From the NCBI GenBank assembly GCA_027622665.1, contig JAQBYT010000001.1, positions 96,001-160,000 of the forward strand: a DNA stretch of 64,000 nt, written 5' to 3'. The position numbers were made by a program, and so were the translations under genes. Source of the DNA: Verrucomicrobiota bacterium (GTDB lineage: Bacteria; Verrucomicrobiota; Verrucomicrobiia; Opitutales; Seribacteraceae). Below, one piece after another: positions 28,133 to 41,350 of this stretch. Numbering within the stretch: position 1 is the first letter of the stretch; each line of letters starts with the position of its first letter. The notes under the pieces were generated by a model. It had not been told where the DNA came from. It ran no database searches and saw only the letters and a program-made list of their open reading frames with translations.

Positions 28133-31100
28133 TTACTCAACTCTTTCGGGCAGGAGTGTGGGGTCGGTGCCGAGACTACCGTAGAGACGATCGAGAGCGT
28201 CGGTGTCATCGAGGCGAGCAAGAGCACTGGCGCAAAACTCTCGGCTCTCGACCAGTCCGAGGCGTTTGGCTGTTTCTTGATTAGTCTCGTCCTTGAGAAA
28301 TTCGGTTACGTAGTCGAGACGCCCTTGCCAGTACTGCCGGGTAACGTCTAGTCGGGCGACCAGACGTTCTTTATACCATTCGGACGCCAAGATTTCATCG
28401 GCATCAAAAAGCTTTCTGAACTCAGGATCATTGAGCCCAAGCCCTTCCCAATCGCCATGTGCCATAACGTTTAGCAATGCTCGTAAAGGAGGACAAGCCC
28501 GCTCCACGGAACCATCCTCGAAATAACGCCGAGCCACATCGCGCTGAGCCTCCACAACGTTTGCGACGCTTTCGGCGTATTCGTCGGGATCCTGCAGTTC
28601 CGGCCGCAACATTTCATCGGGAAATACGGATACTGGGTCGGTAAAGATTCGGCCTAGGAAGGCGTGGGCGAAGCGATGGGTGATACGGTATCCAAGACGG
28701 CTGGAAGGATAGGTCTTTCCGTTGTGGGTGAAGTCGGGGACAGGCTCGAGATAACCTTGAGCCATCATTTCCCGGGGATCGTTTTCTTCTTTGAGGAAAC
28801 GGCTCCAAATTTCAGGAATTAAAAGGCTTACGTCGTGGTTGACTTTGTATTTTGGGCCGATGCACCCGGCGGAAGTAACGAAAGCTCCCTGCCGCGTGGC
28901 GGCGTAGGAAACCAGGGCGGCATTGAGGTCATGGATGGGCAAGATGGCGTTGAATGGTCCCTTGGTCATCGCACCTTCCGAACCTGCTCCCGTGGTCGAG
29001 GGAGATTTCCCCGTGAGGCTCGCTATGCAGTCCATAAAGAACTCGGGCAATTCCAAATAGTGGATCGGGGCAAAACAAGAAAGCGGTCGAATCCCGTTCT
29101 TGGCGTTTCCTGCATTGTTGCGACGCCCCGGGAGCACGGCCCGCACGGGGTACAAAACCTTCTTATCCATGGAAAGGCTGCGCCGCATGCGGGTCCCCAA
29201 TCGAGCAAGATATACGGAACGAGGATCGAGCAGATCGGGACGAGTCTGGAGGTAACGCGGGTTCTTGGATGGCTTTCCGTCTACGAGGCGGGGGTTTGCC
29301 GAGGAGACAAAGTAATTCGTGCCTTCCTCACTTTCGGCGGCCTCGCGGATAAGGGCTTGCATGGGTTCGGTGTATTCCTCGAAATCGAGGGTCTTTTCCA
29401 CTTGGGCTATCCCTTCCTCGCGGGTAAGGGGCTGAAAATTGCTTATAAAGTTCCCAGGCGAGGATAGGTCGATTTCCGTTTGCTTGTCGAAACCACGTAG
29501 AATCGCATCGTCTGGGCGCTGAAAAAGACGGTATTCGCAGTTGTGGACAAACTTGACCGACTCTCCAAAAGAACCCGGCCCCACATCGTAGAGCAGGCCC
29601 AGAGGAGCTACGGTGGAGGCGGTTATATCGTCCTCCGCAATGAGTTTTACGGCGGGTATGAAGTCTTTTCTCAGGGCAAACAGTCGCCACGCTCCGTTCT
29701 CGTCGAACCCAACCCGGAGGTAGCGCGTGATTAGCTTTTGGCCCTTGTAGCGAAGCTCATTGGCGGGCTGCCCGTTCACGGAGTCCACGCTGAAACCTTT
29801 TAGCCACTCATCTCCCAGTTCGGAACGGTGTCGACGCTTGATGATAAGCACGAGGTCCTTAACTCTCTGCGAAATATTGGTCAGCCACTCGTTGTATTCC
29901 AGCGTGTAAAGCGTTTCCGATGGCGTTAGCAGTTTGATTACCGAACCGAGCGACCGCTCGGGGCTGAGTATGGAACGATTCCGGATAAGATGAGCCTCGG
30001 GCTTGAGGAAGCGGTCGGAATAATCTCGTTCCAAAATTTCACGGGCGAGGGCCATGTCTTCTTCCCAATCCGCGACGAATACCGGGCCACTGACGATCGC
30101 GTCAGTGAGAGGCTTGGAAATCTCCGATTTTCCACCTCCCGAAACCGTGCATGGCTTATGGCAGAGGTACCCCTCCCCCACCGTTCCAACGAGTTTCCAT
30201 GGGCCGTTTGTCTCCACCTTCTTCATCTCCACCTTGTAACCCGAAGGCAGAACGTACACGGAGCCCGGCCTAAGTGAAATTTCTTGGTCGCTTCCATCGG
30301 TGTCGTTCCACCGCACCCACTGCTCTCGCAAACTGAAGCGAGCCTCCTTTGGAAGGTAAAAGATGGAAGAGTAACGCTTGTCCACGGCATAACCCCCATC
30401 GCGTTCCTCCCAAAGATCGGAATAGAGGTTGCGGTTTTCATCATAGGTCTGCGGAGTAGCCGGCAAGATTTTAGCAGGATCGAATTCCTCTCCCAGATCG
30501 TAGCTTGGGAAAACGATCGCTCCGCCGGCATGTTCCTCCTCGGAAAGGCCGGAGAGGTTGGCGGAGAAACTGATCTGCGTCTTTACCTCCTTCTTGCAAT
30601 AGCCGAAATAATTGTCGGCCAGCACCGTGAAGATCAGGCCGCTTGCGTCTCGGCAGGTGAGCTTGAAGGGTTGTCCGTCGTTGTACAGTTCCTCGGGGTC
30701 TCGCCAAAACATTCCGTCACGCAGTTGGCGCTCGGTCGCCTTGCTTTCCGGAGGCAGGCCGAGATCTTTCTTTTTAACGTTTGTCAAATGTGGGGCCACA
30801 ACCACACAGCCCGTATGTCCCGTCCAGTTTTCTACATCCAACCCCGCATCGTTCTCGATAAGGAAGGGATCGCCCGCGTTGCCGAAGATACTCTCCACGA
30901 AGTCCAAGTTGGCCACGCAACTGGCAGGAGCGAAAAAGCGGGTCTCCAATGATTTTTCTCGAACAAACCCATCGACCTCCGGGCAAACCACCGGACGTAG
31001 CAAAAGTGAGGTCCAACCATAAGCGGGTTCCTCGCTTTCCGCCGAAAAAGGCAACAGCAGAGAATCCCTAGGTGCATCGAAGGCTGCCCGAAACAAGCCT

Positions 31101-31621
31101 GCCGCAACGGATTTCGGCACCGACAGCTTATCGGCTGCCGCAGGAAGACTACTCTCGGTCACATGGAAAACGCCAGCAGTTGTCCGGCGATCTCGGACGG
31201 GGTTGTGCAGGACACCCTGCCGCACTCGATACGACTTGATGATGCAGGACTTGAAAAAATTCTTCTCAAGCGGTAACGACACCACCCTGGACAAGCCGTG
31301 TCTGTCCAAGGTAAACGTTTTGTGAGGCAGTTGCGGGGCTTCTTTACCAAAAAAGCGATCCAGAAAATCCTGCATTCGCCTATCGGCCGGGCACAAATGC
31401 CCGGCGAGGAGGCGAGACTGTTCGCGATACTCCTTTATGAGAAAACGGCTCAACCTAAGGGCAGGGTTGGCTTCGGGGTCTCCCACTACGGGCAAACCAA
31501 GCGAGGCAAGCTTTACGTTCGCATAGTCGGACAGCTCCTCGTAATCGTCAGTACCGGGCTGGTAATCCCGATCTAGACCAAAGCGATAATCCTCATCTTC
31601 CTGTGAGTCCTTTCGATTCAT
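28133..31621 (-). CDS. PPi-dependent phosphoenolpyruvate carboxykinase
   Basis: About 1160 aa; QGVLHNP..DRRTT.GVFH, NLDFVESIFGNAGDP, ADNYFGYCKKEVKTQ, CHKPCTVSGGGKSEISK, LTGKSPSTTGAGSEGA match the PPi-PEPCK family; start may be 31666. Confidence 0.85.
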   Translation of the reverse strand: MNRKDSQEDEDYRFGLDRDYQPGTDDYEELSDYANVKLASLGLPVVGDPEANPALRLSRFLIKEYREQSRLLAGHLCPADRRMQDFLDRFFGKEAPQLPHKTFTLDRHGLSRVVSLPLEKNFFKSCIIKSYRVRQGVLHNPVRDRRTTAGVFHVTESSLPAAADKLSVPKSVAAGLFRAAFDAPRDSLLLPFSAESEEPAYGWTSLLLRPVVCPEVDGFVREKSLETRFFAPASCVANLDFVESIFGNAGDPFLIENDAGLDVENWTGHTGCVVVAPHLTNVKKKDLGLPPESKATERQLRDGMFWRDPEELYNDGQPFKLTCRDASGLIFTVLADNYFGYCKKEVKTQISFSANLSGLSEEEHAGGAIVFPSYDLGEEFDPAKILPATPQTYDENRNLYSDLWEERDGGYAVDKRYSSIFYLPKEARFSLREQWVRWNDTDGSDQEISLRPGSVYVLPSGYKVEMKKVETNGPWKLVGTVGEGYLCHKPCTVSGGGKSEISKPLTDAIVSGPVFVADWEEDMALAREILERDYSDRFLKPEAHLIRNRSILSPERSLGSVIKLLTPSETLYTLEYNEWLTNISQRVKDLVLIIKRRHRSELGDEWLKGFSVDSVNGQPANELRYKGQKLITRYLRVGFDENGAWRLFALRKDFIPAVKLIAEDDITASTVAPLGLLYDVGPGSFGESVKFVHNCEYRLFQRPDDAILRGFDKQTEIDLSSPGNFISNFQPLTREEGIAQVEKTLDFEEYTEPMQALIREAAESEEGTNYFVSSANPRLVDGKPSKNPRYLQTRPDLLDPRSVYLARLGTRMRRSLSMDKKVLYPVRAVLPGRRNNAGNAKNGIRPLSCFAPIHYLELPEFFMDCIASLTGKSPSTTGAGSEGAMTKGPFNAILPIHDLNAALVSYAATRQGAFVTSAGCIGPKYKVNHDVSLLIPEIWSRFLKEENDPREMMAQGYLEPVPDFTHNGKTYPSSRLGYRITHRFAHAFLGRIFTDPVSVFPDEMLRPELQDPDEYAESVANVVEAQRDVARRYFEDGSVERACPPLRALLNVMAHGDWEGLGLNDPEFRKLFDADEILASEWYKERLVARLDVTRQYWQGRLDYVTEFLKDETNQETAKRLGLVESREFCASALARLDDTDALDRLYGSLGTDPTLLPERVE

Positions 31622-31878
31622 ATAGCCGATGAAAACAGCGTTTGTCGGGCCGGCGTCAAACGCCAAGTGATAGAAATCGCCATAGATGAAAAGAATTCAC
31701 TCCATATGATGATCGTGACGCCATTGGCTAAAATGAAACCAAACCAACGTAAATCGCTACTGGTTATTCAGGAACTGATTAAAAGGCATGAGCTAAGCTC
31801 CATCGGCAGATTCCCCCGACAATTCCGCTTGTACCGCCTCAAACCGTTTGCTAACCTCCGAGCATCTCTTTTTTGGAA

Positions 31879-31955
31879 GGGCCCTTAGCTCAGTTGGTTA
31901 GAGCATGCGACTCATAATCGCCAGGTCGTCGGTTCGAGCCCGACAGGGCCCACCA
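31879..31955 (+). tRNA. tRNA-Ile2 (anticodon CAT, lysidine-type)
   Basis: GGGCCCT acceptor stem, TAGCTCAGTTGGTTAGAGC D arm, CTCATAA anticodon loop, GGTTCGAG T loop, encoded CCA; overall sequence resembles Ile2 rather than Met tRNAs. Confidence 0.9.
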
Positions 31956-31995
31956 TTTCCCCGAGGCAGTCGAGCCTTGTGTGTAGACTCGAAAC

Positions 31996-32409
31996 CTATC
32001 GGCGTTTGGCTCTTGCGATCTGTTTGGCAAAGGCGAAGCGGGCTTCGGCTTCGAGGCGATCGATCTCGTTGGCGTCTATGTTGCTCTTCTTGCCTTCCTC
32101 GAGGGCCTCTTGAGCTCGCTTGACGGCTTCCTCGATTTCAGTGTCGTCGATCTCCTCGACGTTAATGGCCTGATCGGTAAGGATGGAGACCTTGTCGCCA
32201 TACACCTCTATGAATCCGGAACCAACGGCGAGCATCTCGATTTCCTTGCCCCGGTGCACTTGGATCTGACCTGCCTTGAGCTTGGCGATGATGGGCACGT
32301 GGTGGGGCAGGATATGCATGCGCCCCTCGGAGGTCGGAAGACCCACCTCGTCTACGGTCTCGGAAAAGACCTTGGCGTCGGGGGTGACGATTTCGAGGAG
32401 GAGGGACAT
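31996..32409 (-). CDS. atpC: ATP synthase epsilon subunit
   Basis: LEIVTP, G...ILP.H.P, GSGFIEV, C-terminal helical hairpin. Confidence 0.95.
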   Translation of the reverse strand: MSLLLEIVTPDAKVFSETVDEVGLPTSEGRMHILPHHVPIIAKLKAGQIQVHRGKEIEMLAVGSGFIEVYGDKVSILTDQAINVEEIDDTEIEEAVKRAQEALEEGKKSNIDANEIDRLEAEARFAFAKQIARAKRR

Positions 32410-32443
32410 GGTGCGAAGTCGGTTGTAAAAGGAGGAAAGGAAA

Positions 32444-34806
<2,363 letters not shown>

Positions 34807-34859
34807 TTGAGCTATGCGGTGATGGAGCCTCTAATAAAGATAAGAGAGAATCGCCGGTT

Positions 34860-36392
34860 TCAGGCGAAGGAACGTTTCCAGTCTTCGACAGCCCTGCGAA
34901 GGTCTTCCTCGATGCTTTCGGTGAGGTTTCCTTCCTCGTGTATCTTTTGGACGACTGCCTTGCCGCTTCCGGTAAAGTATTCCTTGAGGCTTTCCACGGC
35001 TGCCGTGATTCGGGATACGTCGATTGTATCGAAAAAGTTGTTTTCCATGGCCCAAATGACACCAGTCTGGACTGAAACAGGAACGGGACTGTGGACGCCT
35101 TGCTTGAACATTTCTACAATGCGCGCACCTCGACCCAGTTGTGCTTTGGTGGCGGCATCCAGGTCGGATTCAAACTGAGAAAAGGCGGCCAGTTCTCGAA
35201 ATTGGGCAAGTTGCAATTTCACCTTACTGGACACTTTCTTGTAAGCCTTTACCTGTGCCGCCGAACCGACCCGCGATACGGACAGGCCAACCGACACTGC
35301 AGGACGTATGCCCTTGTTGAAAAGGTCGGTCTCGAGGAAAATCTGCCCGTCGGTGATGGAAATGACGTTGGTGGGGATGTAGCCCGCGACATCTCCCATC
35401 TGCGTTTCAATGATGGGCAAAGCAGTGAGGGAACCGTTGCCGCTGTCCTTGTTGAGACGGGCGGAACGTTCCAGGAGCCTTGAGTGCAGGTAAAAAACGT
35501 CACCGGGAAATGCTTCGCGACCTGACGGGCGCTTCAAGATAAGTGAAATTTGTCGATAGGCGACAGCGTGCTTGGAAAGGTCATCGTAGACGATGAGGGC
35601 ATCTCTCCCGTTTCTCAAGAACCACTCGCCCATGGCGCACCCGGAGTAGGGAGCTAGGTATTGGTTGGCGGGATTGTCGGCTGCGGGAGCCGCGACTACG
35701 ATGACGTATTCCATGGCCCCGTTGTTCTCCAAAGCCTTGATAGTACGGGCAATGTTGGAGTTCTTCTGACCAACGGCAACGTAGATGGAATAAACGGGGC
35801 GAAAATCAGGGTCACCGCTTTCTTCGCCCAGCTTGTTGATTTTCGCTTGGTTGATGATGGTGTCGATGGCGATCGTGGTCTTGCCCGTGGAGCGGTCCCC
35901 AATGATCAACTCTCGCTGACCGCGACCGACGGGAATCATCGAGTCGATTGCCATGATGCCCGTTTGCAGGGGTTGGTCCACCGACTGGCGTGGAATAATG
36001 CCCGGAGCAATCCGTTCGACGGGATAATTTTCGCTTGAGTCGATCGGGCCCTTCTCGTCTATAGGTCGCCCGATAGCATCCACTACCCTACCGAGCAAAC
36101 CCATTCCGACGGGCACAGAGAGCAACCGTCCCGTTGTTTGGACTTCGTCGCCTTCCTTTAACCCGCTGAAATCACCGAGTATAACGCAACCAACCGAATC
36201 TTCTTCAAGATTCAGGGCAATACCAAAAATATTGCCGGGGAACTCGACCATTTCGTTGAACATGACCTTGGAAAGCCCGTCGACACGGGCAACCCCATCG
36301 GCTAAGGTCGTGATCCGCCCGACATTTGTTCGAGTGGCATCCATCGAGAGGCTTTCGATTTCCTTTTGTATCAGTTCTGTTATGGTGCTCAT
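34860..36392 (-). CDS. atpA: ATP synthase alpha subunit
   Basis: [50 protein letters not shown]. Confidence 0.98.
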   Translation of the reverse strand: MSTITELIQKEIESLSMDATRTNVGRITTLADGVARVDGLSKVMFNEMVEFPGNIFGIALNLEEDSVGCVILGDFSGLKEGDEVQTTGRLLSVPVGMGLLGRVVDAIGRPIDEKGPIDSSENYPVERIAPGIIPRQSVDQPLQTGIMAIDSMIPVGRGQRELIIGDRSTGKTTIAIDTIINQAKINKLGEESGDPDFRPVYSIYVAVGQKNSNIARTIKALENNGAMEYVIVVAAPAADNPANQYLAPYSGCAMGEWFLRNGRDALIVYDDLSKHAVAYRQISLILKRPSGREAFPGDVFYLHSRLLERSARLNKDSGNGSLTALPIIETQMGDVAGYIPTNVISITDGQIFLETDLFNKGIRPAVSVGLSVSRVGSAAQVKAYKKVSSKVKLQLAQFRELAAFSQFESDLDAATKAQLGRGARIVEMFKQGVHSPVPVSVQTGVIWAMENNFFDTIDVSRITAAVESLKEYFTGSGKAVVQKIHEEGNLTESIEEDLRRAVEDWKRSFA

Positions 36393-36444
36393 TGCTTGAG
36401 GTGTATTCTTTTGGAAAATTAATGAGATACGGTTCTTGAAAAAT

Positions 36445-36843
36445 TCAGGTCAAGGCTCGAATAAGTGGGCGTAGGCGAGTTGCTGCAGAGTCTTCATAGA
36501 CATCGTCTCCTACAGAGACCCTAATGCCTACTAGTAAGTCTTGATTTTTGCGCATTTCCACATCTATGCTGCGACCATATTGCAGAGAAAGTTTTTGCTT
36601 CAAGGCTTCAATGGCTTCATCGCTTGGTTTTCCAGCATACTCCAAAATGGCAACACTCTTCTCCATTTCTTTCTTTATTTGGTCCAAATAAAAGCGAAGT
36701 AAAAGTTTTTGATCACTTGTTGGTAAAGAGCGCAGTGAATCTAGCACCTCAAGAACCTTCTCCTCGTCCACTCTACTATCGTCATCAAGCGATAGTCGAA
36801 CCAGTTTTTTCGATAATTCTCGATTGCGAGAAATTGCAGTCAT
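36445..36843 (-). CDS. atpH: ATP synthase delta subunit (short form)
   Basis: Position between atpF and atpA; C-terminal L.GIRV.VGD.VYE.S motif. Confidence 0.85.
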   Translation of the reverse strand: MTAISRNRELSKKLVRLSLDDDSRVDEEKVLEVLDSLRSLPTSDQKLLLRFYLDQIKKEMEKSVAILEYAGKPSDEAIEALKQKLSLQYGRSIDVEMRKNQDLLVGIRVSVGDDVYEDSAATRLRPLIRALT

Positions 36844-36873
36844 ATTATTGAAAAAAGAGTGGATCTTAAGATA

Positions 36874-37413
36874 TTAGCTGGAAGACAATTTAGCTTCACG
36901 GGTAGCGGAGTCGCTGAATTTATCACGCTCATCGGCACTAAGCTCTCGTCCCAATACTCGGGAAGTCGCCATAACCACGAGTGATGCGATTTCCTCACGG
37001 GCTTCTTCGATAACACGTTGCTTTTCAAGTTTCATCGAATCGCGAGCTTTCTGGACGATATCCTCTGCTTGCTTCTCAGCTTCTGCCCTTTGCGTTTCTA
37101 AGTGTGACTTGGCTTGGTCGCGAGCTTGCGAGACAGTTTTCTGAGCTTCGACTGATGCATCTTTGAGAGTTTCTTCATGCTTACGGTCAGTTTCCTCTAG
37201 CTGCAGTTTGATTTTTTCTGCATTCTTTAAGGAATCGGAAATCTCCTTTTCGCGATCTTCCATTTTCCCGAGGATTCCCTTGAAGGCAAACTTCCAAATT
37301 AGCCAAGCAACTATGATGAAGTTGATAGCTTGGGCCATGAACAGAGGAAAATCCAAACCAAACTTTGTTTGGATTTCTTGTATAGTATCACCTACGCTTG
37401 CTAAAATCTCCAT
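36874..37413 (-). CDS. atpF: ATP synthase b subunit
   Basis: QAINF transmembrane segment followed by a long coiled coil. Confidence 0.93.
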   Translation of the reverse strand: MEILASVGDTIQEIQTKFGLDFPLFMAQAINFIIVAWLIWKFAFKGILGKMEDREKEISDSLKNAEKIKLQLEETDRKHEETLKDASVEAQKTVSQARDQAKSHLETQRAEAEKQAEDIVQKARDSMKLEKQRVIEEAREEIASLVVMATSRVLGRELSADERDKFSDSATREAKLSSS

Positions 37414-37442
37414 GATCTAACGAGATTACTATAAAGAATATT

Positions 37443-37688
37443 TTATAGAAACAAACTATAGAACGCAACTGCTTCAGCCAATGCCATTCCTATAATCGCT
37501 TGTACCAGAATTTGACCTGATGCATCAGGATTACGGCCAACTGCTTCAGCTGCTTTCATTCCTACGAGTCCTACGCCAATTGCGGCTCCGAGACAACCAA
37601 GACCTGCTTGTATACTGCCGGTAATTCCTTCCGGAGGATGTACTGCATTTGGAGCGACGTCTGCGACTTGTGCTAATATTTCAATCAT
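37443..37688 (-). CDS. atpE: ATP synthase c subunit
   Basis: GxGxGxxG helix, RNP loop, MALAEA conserved Glu. Confidence 0.95.
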   Translation of the reverse strand: MIEILAQVADVAPNAVHPPEGITGSIQAGLGCLGAAIGVGLVGMKAAEAVGRNPDASGQILVQAIIGMALAEAVAFYSLFL

Positions 37689-37771
37689 GATTATTGCTTT
37701 CCGTATTATTTAGTTTTGAATAGTCAATCGTCCACTCACATGGATGGTCCCGATTGATAAAAGTTGAAGTC

Positions 37772-38668
37772 TCAATGATGCTCTTCTTCATCGCCATGGT
37801 TACAGATCAAGCCGATGTAAACCGCGACAAGAAGCATAAAAACCAGAGCTTGGACAATGCCGATAAGAACTTCGAGCATGTAAAAAGGAATTGGTACAAC
37901 ACTCATTGAAATGCTAGAAAGCCAATCCGGAAATCCTAGTTTGTGCCCTAAATGAAACATACTGTGGAGTAAGCTCTCGCCACCGAATACATTGCCAAAT
38001 AATCGGAACGTAAGAGAGACAGGACGAAAAATAATGGAAATGACTTCAATAAAGCCAACCGCTAAAAAGATTACTCCCAAGAAATAAAACATACCAGGGT
38101 GCATTTCTTTCTTATCCGCTTTATTCCCGAACCAATCCTTGAGGATTAAACTAACTCCTGCATACCTTAGAATTAGGTATAGCCATGTAAGGTTTGCCAC
38201 TGCGGCCAATGCCAAAGTCATGTTAAGGTCAGCATTTCCGGGTCTAATCCAAGCCTCGGTAATTTTAAAATGACCTGCTTCTTCAATCCCGTAACCAATT
38301 GTGCCAACTCCAGGAACAAGGCCACTAAGGTTGTTGATAAGTATGAAGAAAAAGAGACCGCTCAAGAGCCAGAAGGAAGGAATGAATACCTTCTGCCCAA
38401 CTATAGGCTGGACAATGCTCCGCAACCCGCTGATGCACTCTTCAGCAAAAAGTTGCCCTCTGGTAGGAACTCGAGCAGGAGTCCCAACCAGATATTTAAT
38501 AATTAAAACCAATACCAGTGAAACAACCCAACTAGTTACCATAGAATTAGTAATTGGTAACCCTCCAATATCTAAAAGGGGTTGTGCTGTAACGCTAACT
38601 CCTTCAGCAAATGAGGGCAGAGGCATAAAAAGCAGCAAATAAGGGAAAATACAAATAATTCTGGCCAT
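37772..38668 (-). CDS. atpB: ATP synthase a subunit
   Basis: ITNS, ADLNMTLALA, RPVSLTFRLFGN, IVQALVFMLL. Confidence 0.95.
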   Translation of the reverse strand: MARIICIFPYLLLFMPLPSFAEGVSVTAQPLLDIGGLPITNSMVTSWVVSLVLVLIIKYLVGTPARVPTRGQLFAEECISGLRSIVQPIVGQKVFIPSFWLLSGLFFFILINNLSGLVPGVGTIGYGIEEAGHFKITEAWIRPGNADLNMTLALAAVANLTWLYLILRYAGVSLILKDWFGNKADKKEMHPGMFYFLGVIFLAVGFIEVISIIFRPVSLTFRLFGNVFGGESLLHSMFHLGHKLGFPDWLSSISMSVVPIPFYMLEVLIGIVQALVFMLLVAVYIGLICNHGDEEEHH

Positions 38669-38800
38669 TATTGTAAGTCGATTTAAAACATCAAGTTATA
38701 GATATAAATTAGCTGAGGTCAATGAGGATTTCCCGTTTTTGTCAAAACCAGCAAACTAATGATGCAGTATATAACTTTTGGGTGTTTTGGGTTAACTTAG

Positions 38801-39424
38801 TTAAGGATCCCGGTGATTGATGCGTGTTGCAATGAATGTCTGGTGCATAGGTAACATATTCTGAAAGAAAGTCTCGTGCTCAAAAGGCCAAACTGCTTCA
38901 GTTTTTAATTTCCATGACTTTGAATCCTTTACTTTATCTAACGCCCATCTAAAATAATCTTCGTGGTCTGTACGGAAACACAATTCGGCACTCGGGAGAG
39001 AGCGGCAAGCCAGCATCTCGAGAAAGGAAAGTTGAATGAGGCGACGCTTGTGGTGACGCTTCTTGGGCCATGGGTCGGGAAATAAGAGAATAGTTCTTTT
39101 AAACAGAAAATCTTTTGGAAAACTTTCAAGAAACTCATCAGCTTCCGTTTTAAAAAAGAAAAGATAAGGAAGTTTGCGTTTTTCTCTTTTACTGTTTGCC
39201 TTATCTATCCTCTTGGTCATCAAGTCGATTCCAATGCATGGGTCGTCGGGTTTACTCTCGGAATAAGCTGTTAGCCAGTGCCCGTGACCACATCCGATCT
39301 CGAGGGTCAGACCGTCCGCAAGACGATCCCCGGGAATGGTCAAGAGGCATTCCTCGCCGAAGAGTCGAATACGTTCTCTACGAGTTGCTAGATCAACGTA
39401 CTGGTCGCGAAAAAGGTCACTCAC
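38801..39424 (-). CDS. trmB: tRNA (guanine-N7)-methyltransferase
   Basis: LEIGCGHG, FPDPWPKKRHHKRRL, FRTDHEDYF. Confidence 0.93.
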   Translation of the reverse strand: MSDLFRDQYVDLATRRERIRLFGEECLLTIPGDRLADGLTLEIGCGHGHWLTAYSESKPDDPCIGIDLMTKRIDKANSKREKRKLPYLFFFKTEADEFLESFPKDFLFKRTILLFPDPWPKKRHHKRRLIQLSFLEMLACRSLPSAELCFRTDHEDYFRWALDKVKDSKSWKLKTEAVWPFEHETFFQNMLPMHQTFIATRINHRDP

Positions 39425-39439
39425 TCCCCAGCCCTATCA

Positions 39440-41350
39440 TTATCCTGCGTTCTTGCCAGCAAGAATCACCATCAGAACACTAACGTCGGAAGGGTTGACA
39501 CCAGAAATACGACCAGCCTGCGCAAGCGTGGAAGGCCGTATCCGCGAGAGCTTTTCAATACTTTCCTTGCGTAACCCGGGAAGGTCATCATAGGAAAAGT
39601 CAGGCGGGATCTTGACCTTTTCGGACTCGGCTAGCTTAGCGACATTGCGAAATTCTCGTTCCAAGTAACCAGAATAGGTCGTACGATATAAAACTTCATC
39701 TCGCGTTGGTCTAGGCAAACCTAAGAAATCGCGAGGAAGAGCGTTCACTCCCCCACCCTTCCTCAGATGGTCAGCGGCTGTAATACCACCATTTACCTTA
39801 AGCGTTTTAAATTCGTGTGTCCATTTTTCAACATTAGCTGACTTTTCAATAACGGATGCAAGCCGAGCGGATGTAAAGACTTCAAAACGCTCGGAATGTT
39901 TCAACATACGAAGTTCGGCACTTCCATGATTAAAGAGTAAGCGGTGTTCCGCTCTACTGGTGAACATACGATACGGTTCGGTCGTGCCTTTTGTTACAAG
40001 ATCATCAACGAGTACTCCCAAATAACCTTCACTCCGGCCAATGATCAAAGGTTCTTCGCCACGGACCTTGGCGACGGCATTTAAACCAGCCAATAGACCC
40101 TGACCCGCAGCCTCTTCATAACCTGAGGTGCCATTTATCTGACCTGCAAAAAAAAGAGATTCAAGTATTTTAGATTCAAGGTTTCGGTGCAATTGAGTAG
40201 GTGGAGCATAGTCGTATTCGACCGCATAAGCAGGTCTAAGAATGATAGCATCCTCAAGTCCGGGAATGGTTTTCAAAATCTCATGCTGAACAGAAAATGG
40301 CAAACTCGTGGAGAGGCCGTTAACATACCATTCATCAGTATTGATTCCTTCGGGCTCCAACTGGATGCGATGTGAGTCCTTGTCGGAAAAACGAACAATC
40401 TTGTCCTCAATGCTTGGGCAATAACGAGGACCAGTTCCAACAATTTCACCACTATAAAGGGGAGAGAGTTTTAAGTTCTTTCGAATGATTTCAGAAGTTT
40501 TTTCCGTCGTTCGGGTAACACGACATGTCACTTGATCACCACCTCCAAATGGAAAGCTAGCCAGATAGGGATTACCATGTTCCACGTGGAACCAACGCGA
40601 CGAATGTTCCATGTGGAACATATCTTCCTCGGTGCGAGTATCATGAAAAGCAAAGAAGGTTGGGTTTTTGTCCCCAAACTGTTCCTCGAGCTGGTCGAGC
40701 TTGATGCTTTTACCTAAAAGCCGTGGCGGCGTACCGGTTTTAAAACGTTCAAGTTCTATCCCATACTTCTGGAAATCTGACGACATTCCTTTGGACACAT
40801 GATCCCCGAGGCGACCGCCTTCACTTTTGTGTTGCCCGACATGCATTAGCGCACGGAGGAAAGTTCCTGTGGTCACGATTACAGTGGATGCGTAAAACTC
40901 GAGGTCTAAGCTCGTGACGACCCCCATGCACTTGCCATCCTCAACGATCAATCCCGTAACCATCGATTGAAATACCGTAAGGTTTTCGGCAAGTTCCAAT
41001 ACGTGCTTCATTCTAAATTGGTAAGCCTTTTTGTCACATTGAGCTCGTGGAGCCTGAACCGCAGGTCCTTTGGATGTATTAAGTAATTTAAACTGTATGC
41101 CTGTGAAATCGGTATTCAGCGCCATCTCGCCACCAAGAGCATCGATTTCTCGCACTATCTGACCTTTGGCTTGGCCGCCAATCGCTGGATTGCAACTCAT
41201 TTGAGCTATAGTGTCCACATTGCCAGTAAGCATAAGAACATCCGCCCCACAACGGGCTGCAATTAATGCTGCTTCGCACCCCGCATGCCCGGCGCCACAA
41301 ACGATGACGTCGTATGCTTGATCTTTTCCGTATTTAAGTCCAGTACTCAC
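39440..41350 (-). CDS. mnmG: tRNA uridine-5-carboxymethylaminomethyl(34) synthesis enzyme MnmG (GidA)
   Basis: [62 protein letters not shown]. Confidence 0.98.
   Translation of the reverse strand: MSTGLKYGKDQAYDVIVCGAGHAGCEAALIAARCGADVLMLTGNVDTIAQMSCNPAIGGQAKGQIVREIDALGGEMALNTDFTGIQFKLLNTSKGPAVQAPRAQCDKKAYQFRMKHVLELAENLTVFQSMVTGLIVEDGKCMGVVTSLDLEFYASTVIVTTGTFLRALMHVGQHKSEGGRLGDHVSKGMSSDFQKYGIELERFKTGTPPRLLGKSIKLDQLEEQFGDKNPTFFAFHDTRTEEDMFHMEHSSRWFHVEHGNPYLASFPFGGGDQVTCRVTRTTEKTSEIIRKNLKLSPLYSGEIVGTGPRYCPSIEDKIVRFSDKDSHRIQLEPEGINTDEWYVNGLSTSLPFSVQHEILKTIPGLEDAIILRPAYAVEYDYAPPTQLHRNLESKILESLFFAGQINGTSGYEEAAGQGLLAGLNAVAKVRGEEPLIIGRSEGYLGVLVDDLVTKGTTEPYRMFTSRAEHRLLFNHGSAELRMLKHSERFEVFTSARLASVIEKSANVEKWTHEFKTLKVNGGITAADHLRKGGGVNALPRDFLGLPRPTRDEVLYRTTYSGYLEREFRNVAKLAESEKVKIPPDFSYDDLPGLRKESIEKLSRIRPSTLAQAGRISGVNPSDVSVLMVILAGKNAG
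40578..40593. promoter_or_regulatory. parS centromere site 1 (inside mnmG)
   Basis: TGTTCCACGTGGAACC, 15/16 match to the palindrome TGTTCCACGTGGAACA. Confidence 0.85.
40605..40620. promoter_or_regulatory. parS centromere site 2 (inside mnmG)
   Basis: TGTTCCATGTGGAACA, 15/16 match to the same palindrome. Confidence 0.82.

Noticed and set aside
31879..31955. tRNA as an integration site for a genomic island
   Set aside because: No duplicated tRNA 3' end or integrase seen; flanked by core genes.
36445..36843. Short atpH as a pseudogene
   Set aside because: Intact ORF filling the atpF-atpA gap with the conserved C-terminal motif; a short delta appears to be a lineage trait rather than decay.
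37443..37688. Na+-translocating or N-type ATPase
   Set aside because: The c subunit has EA rather than the ES/ET Na+ signature, and gene order is the standard BEFHAGDC.
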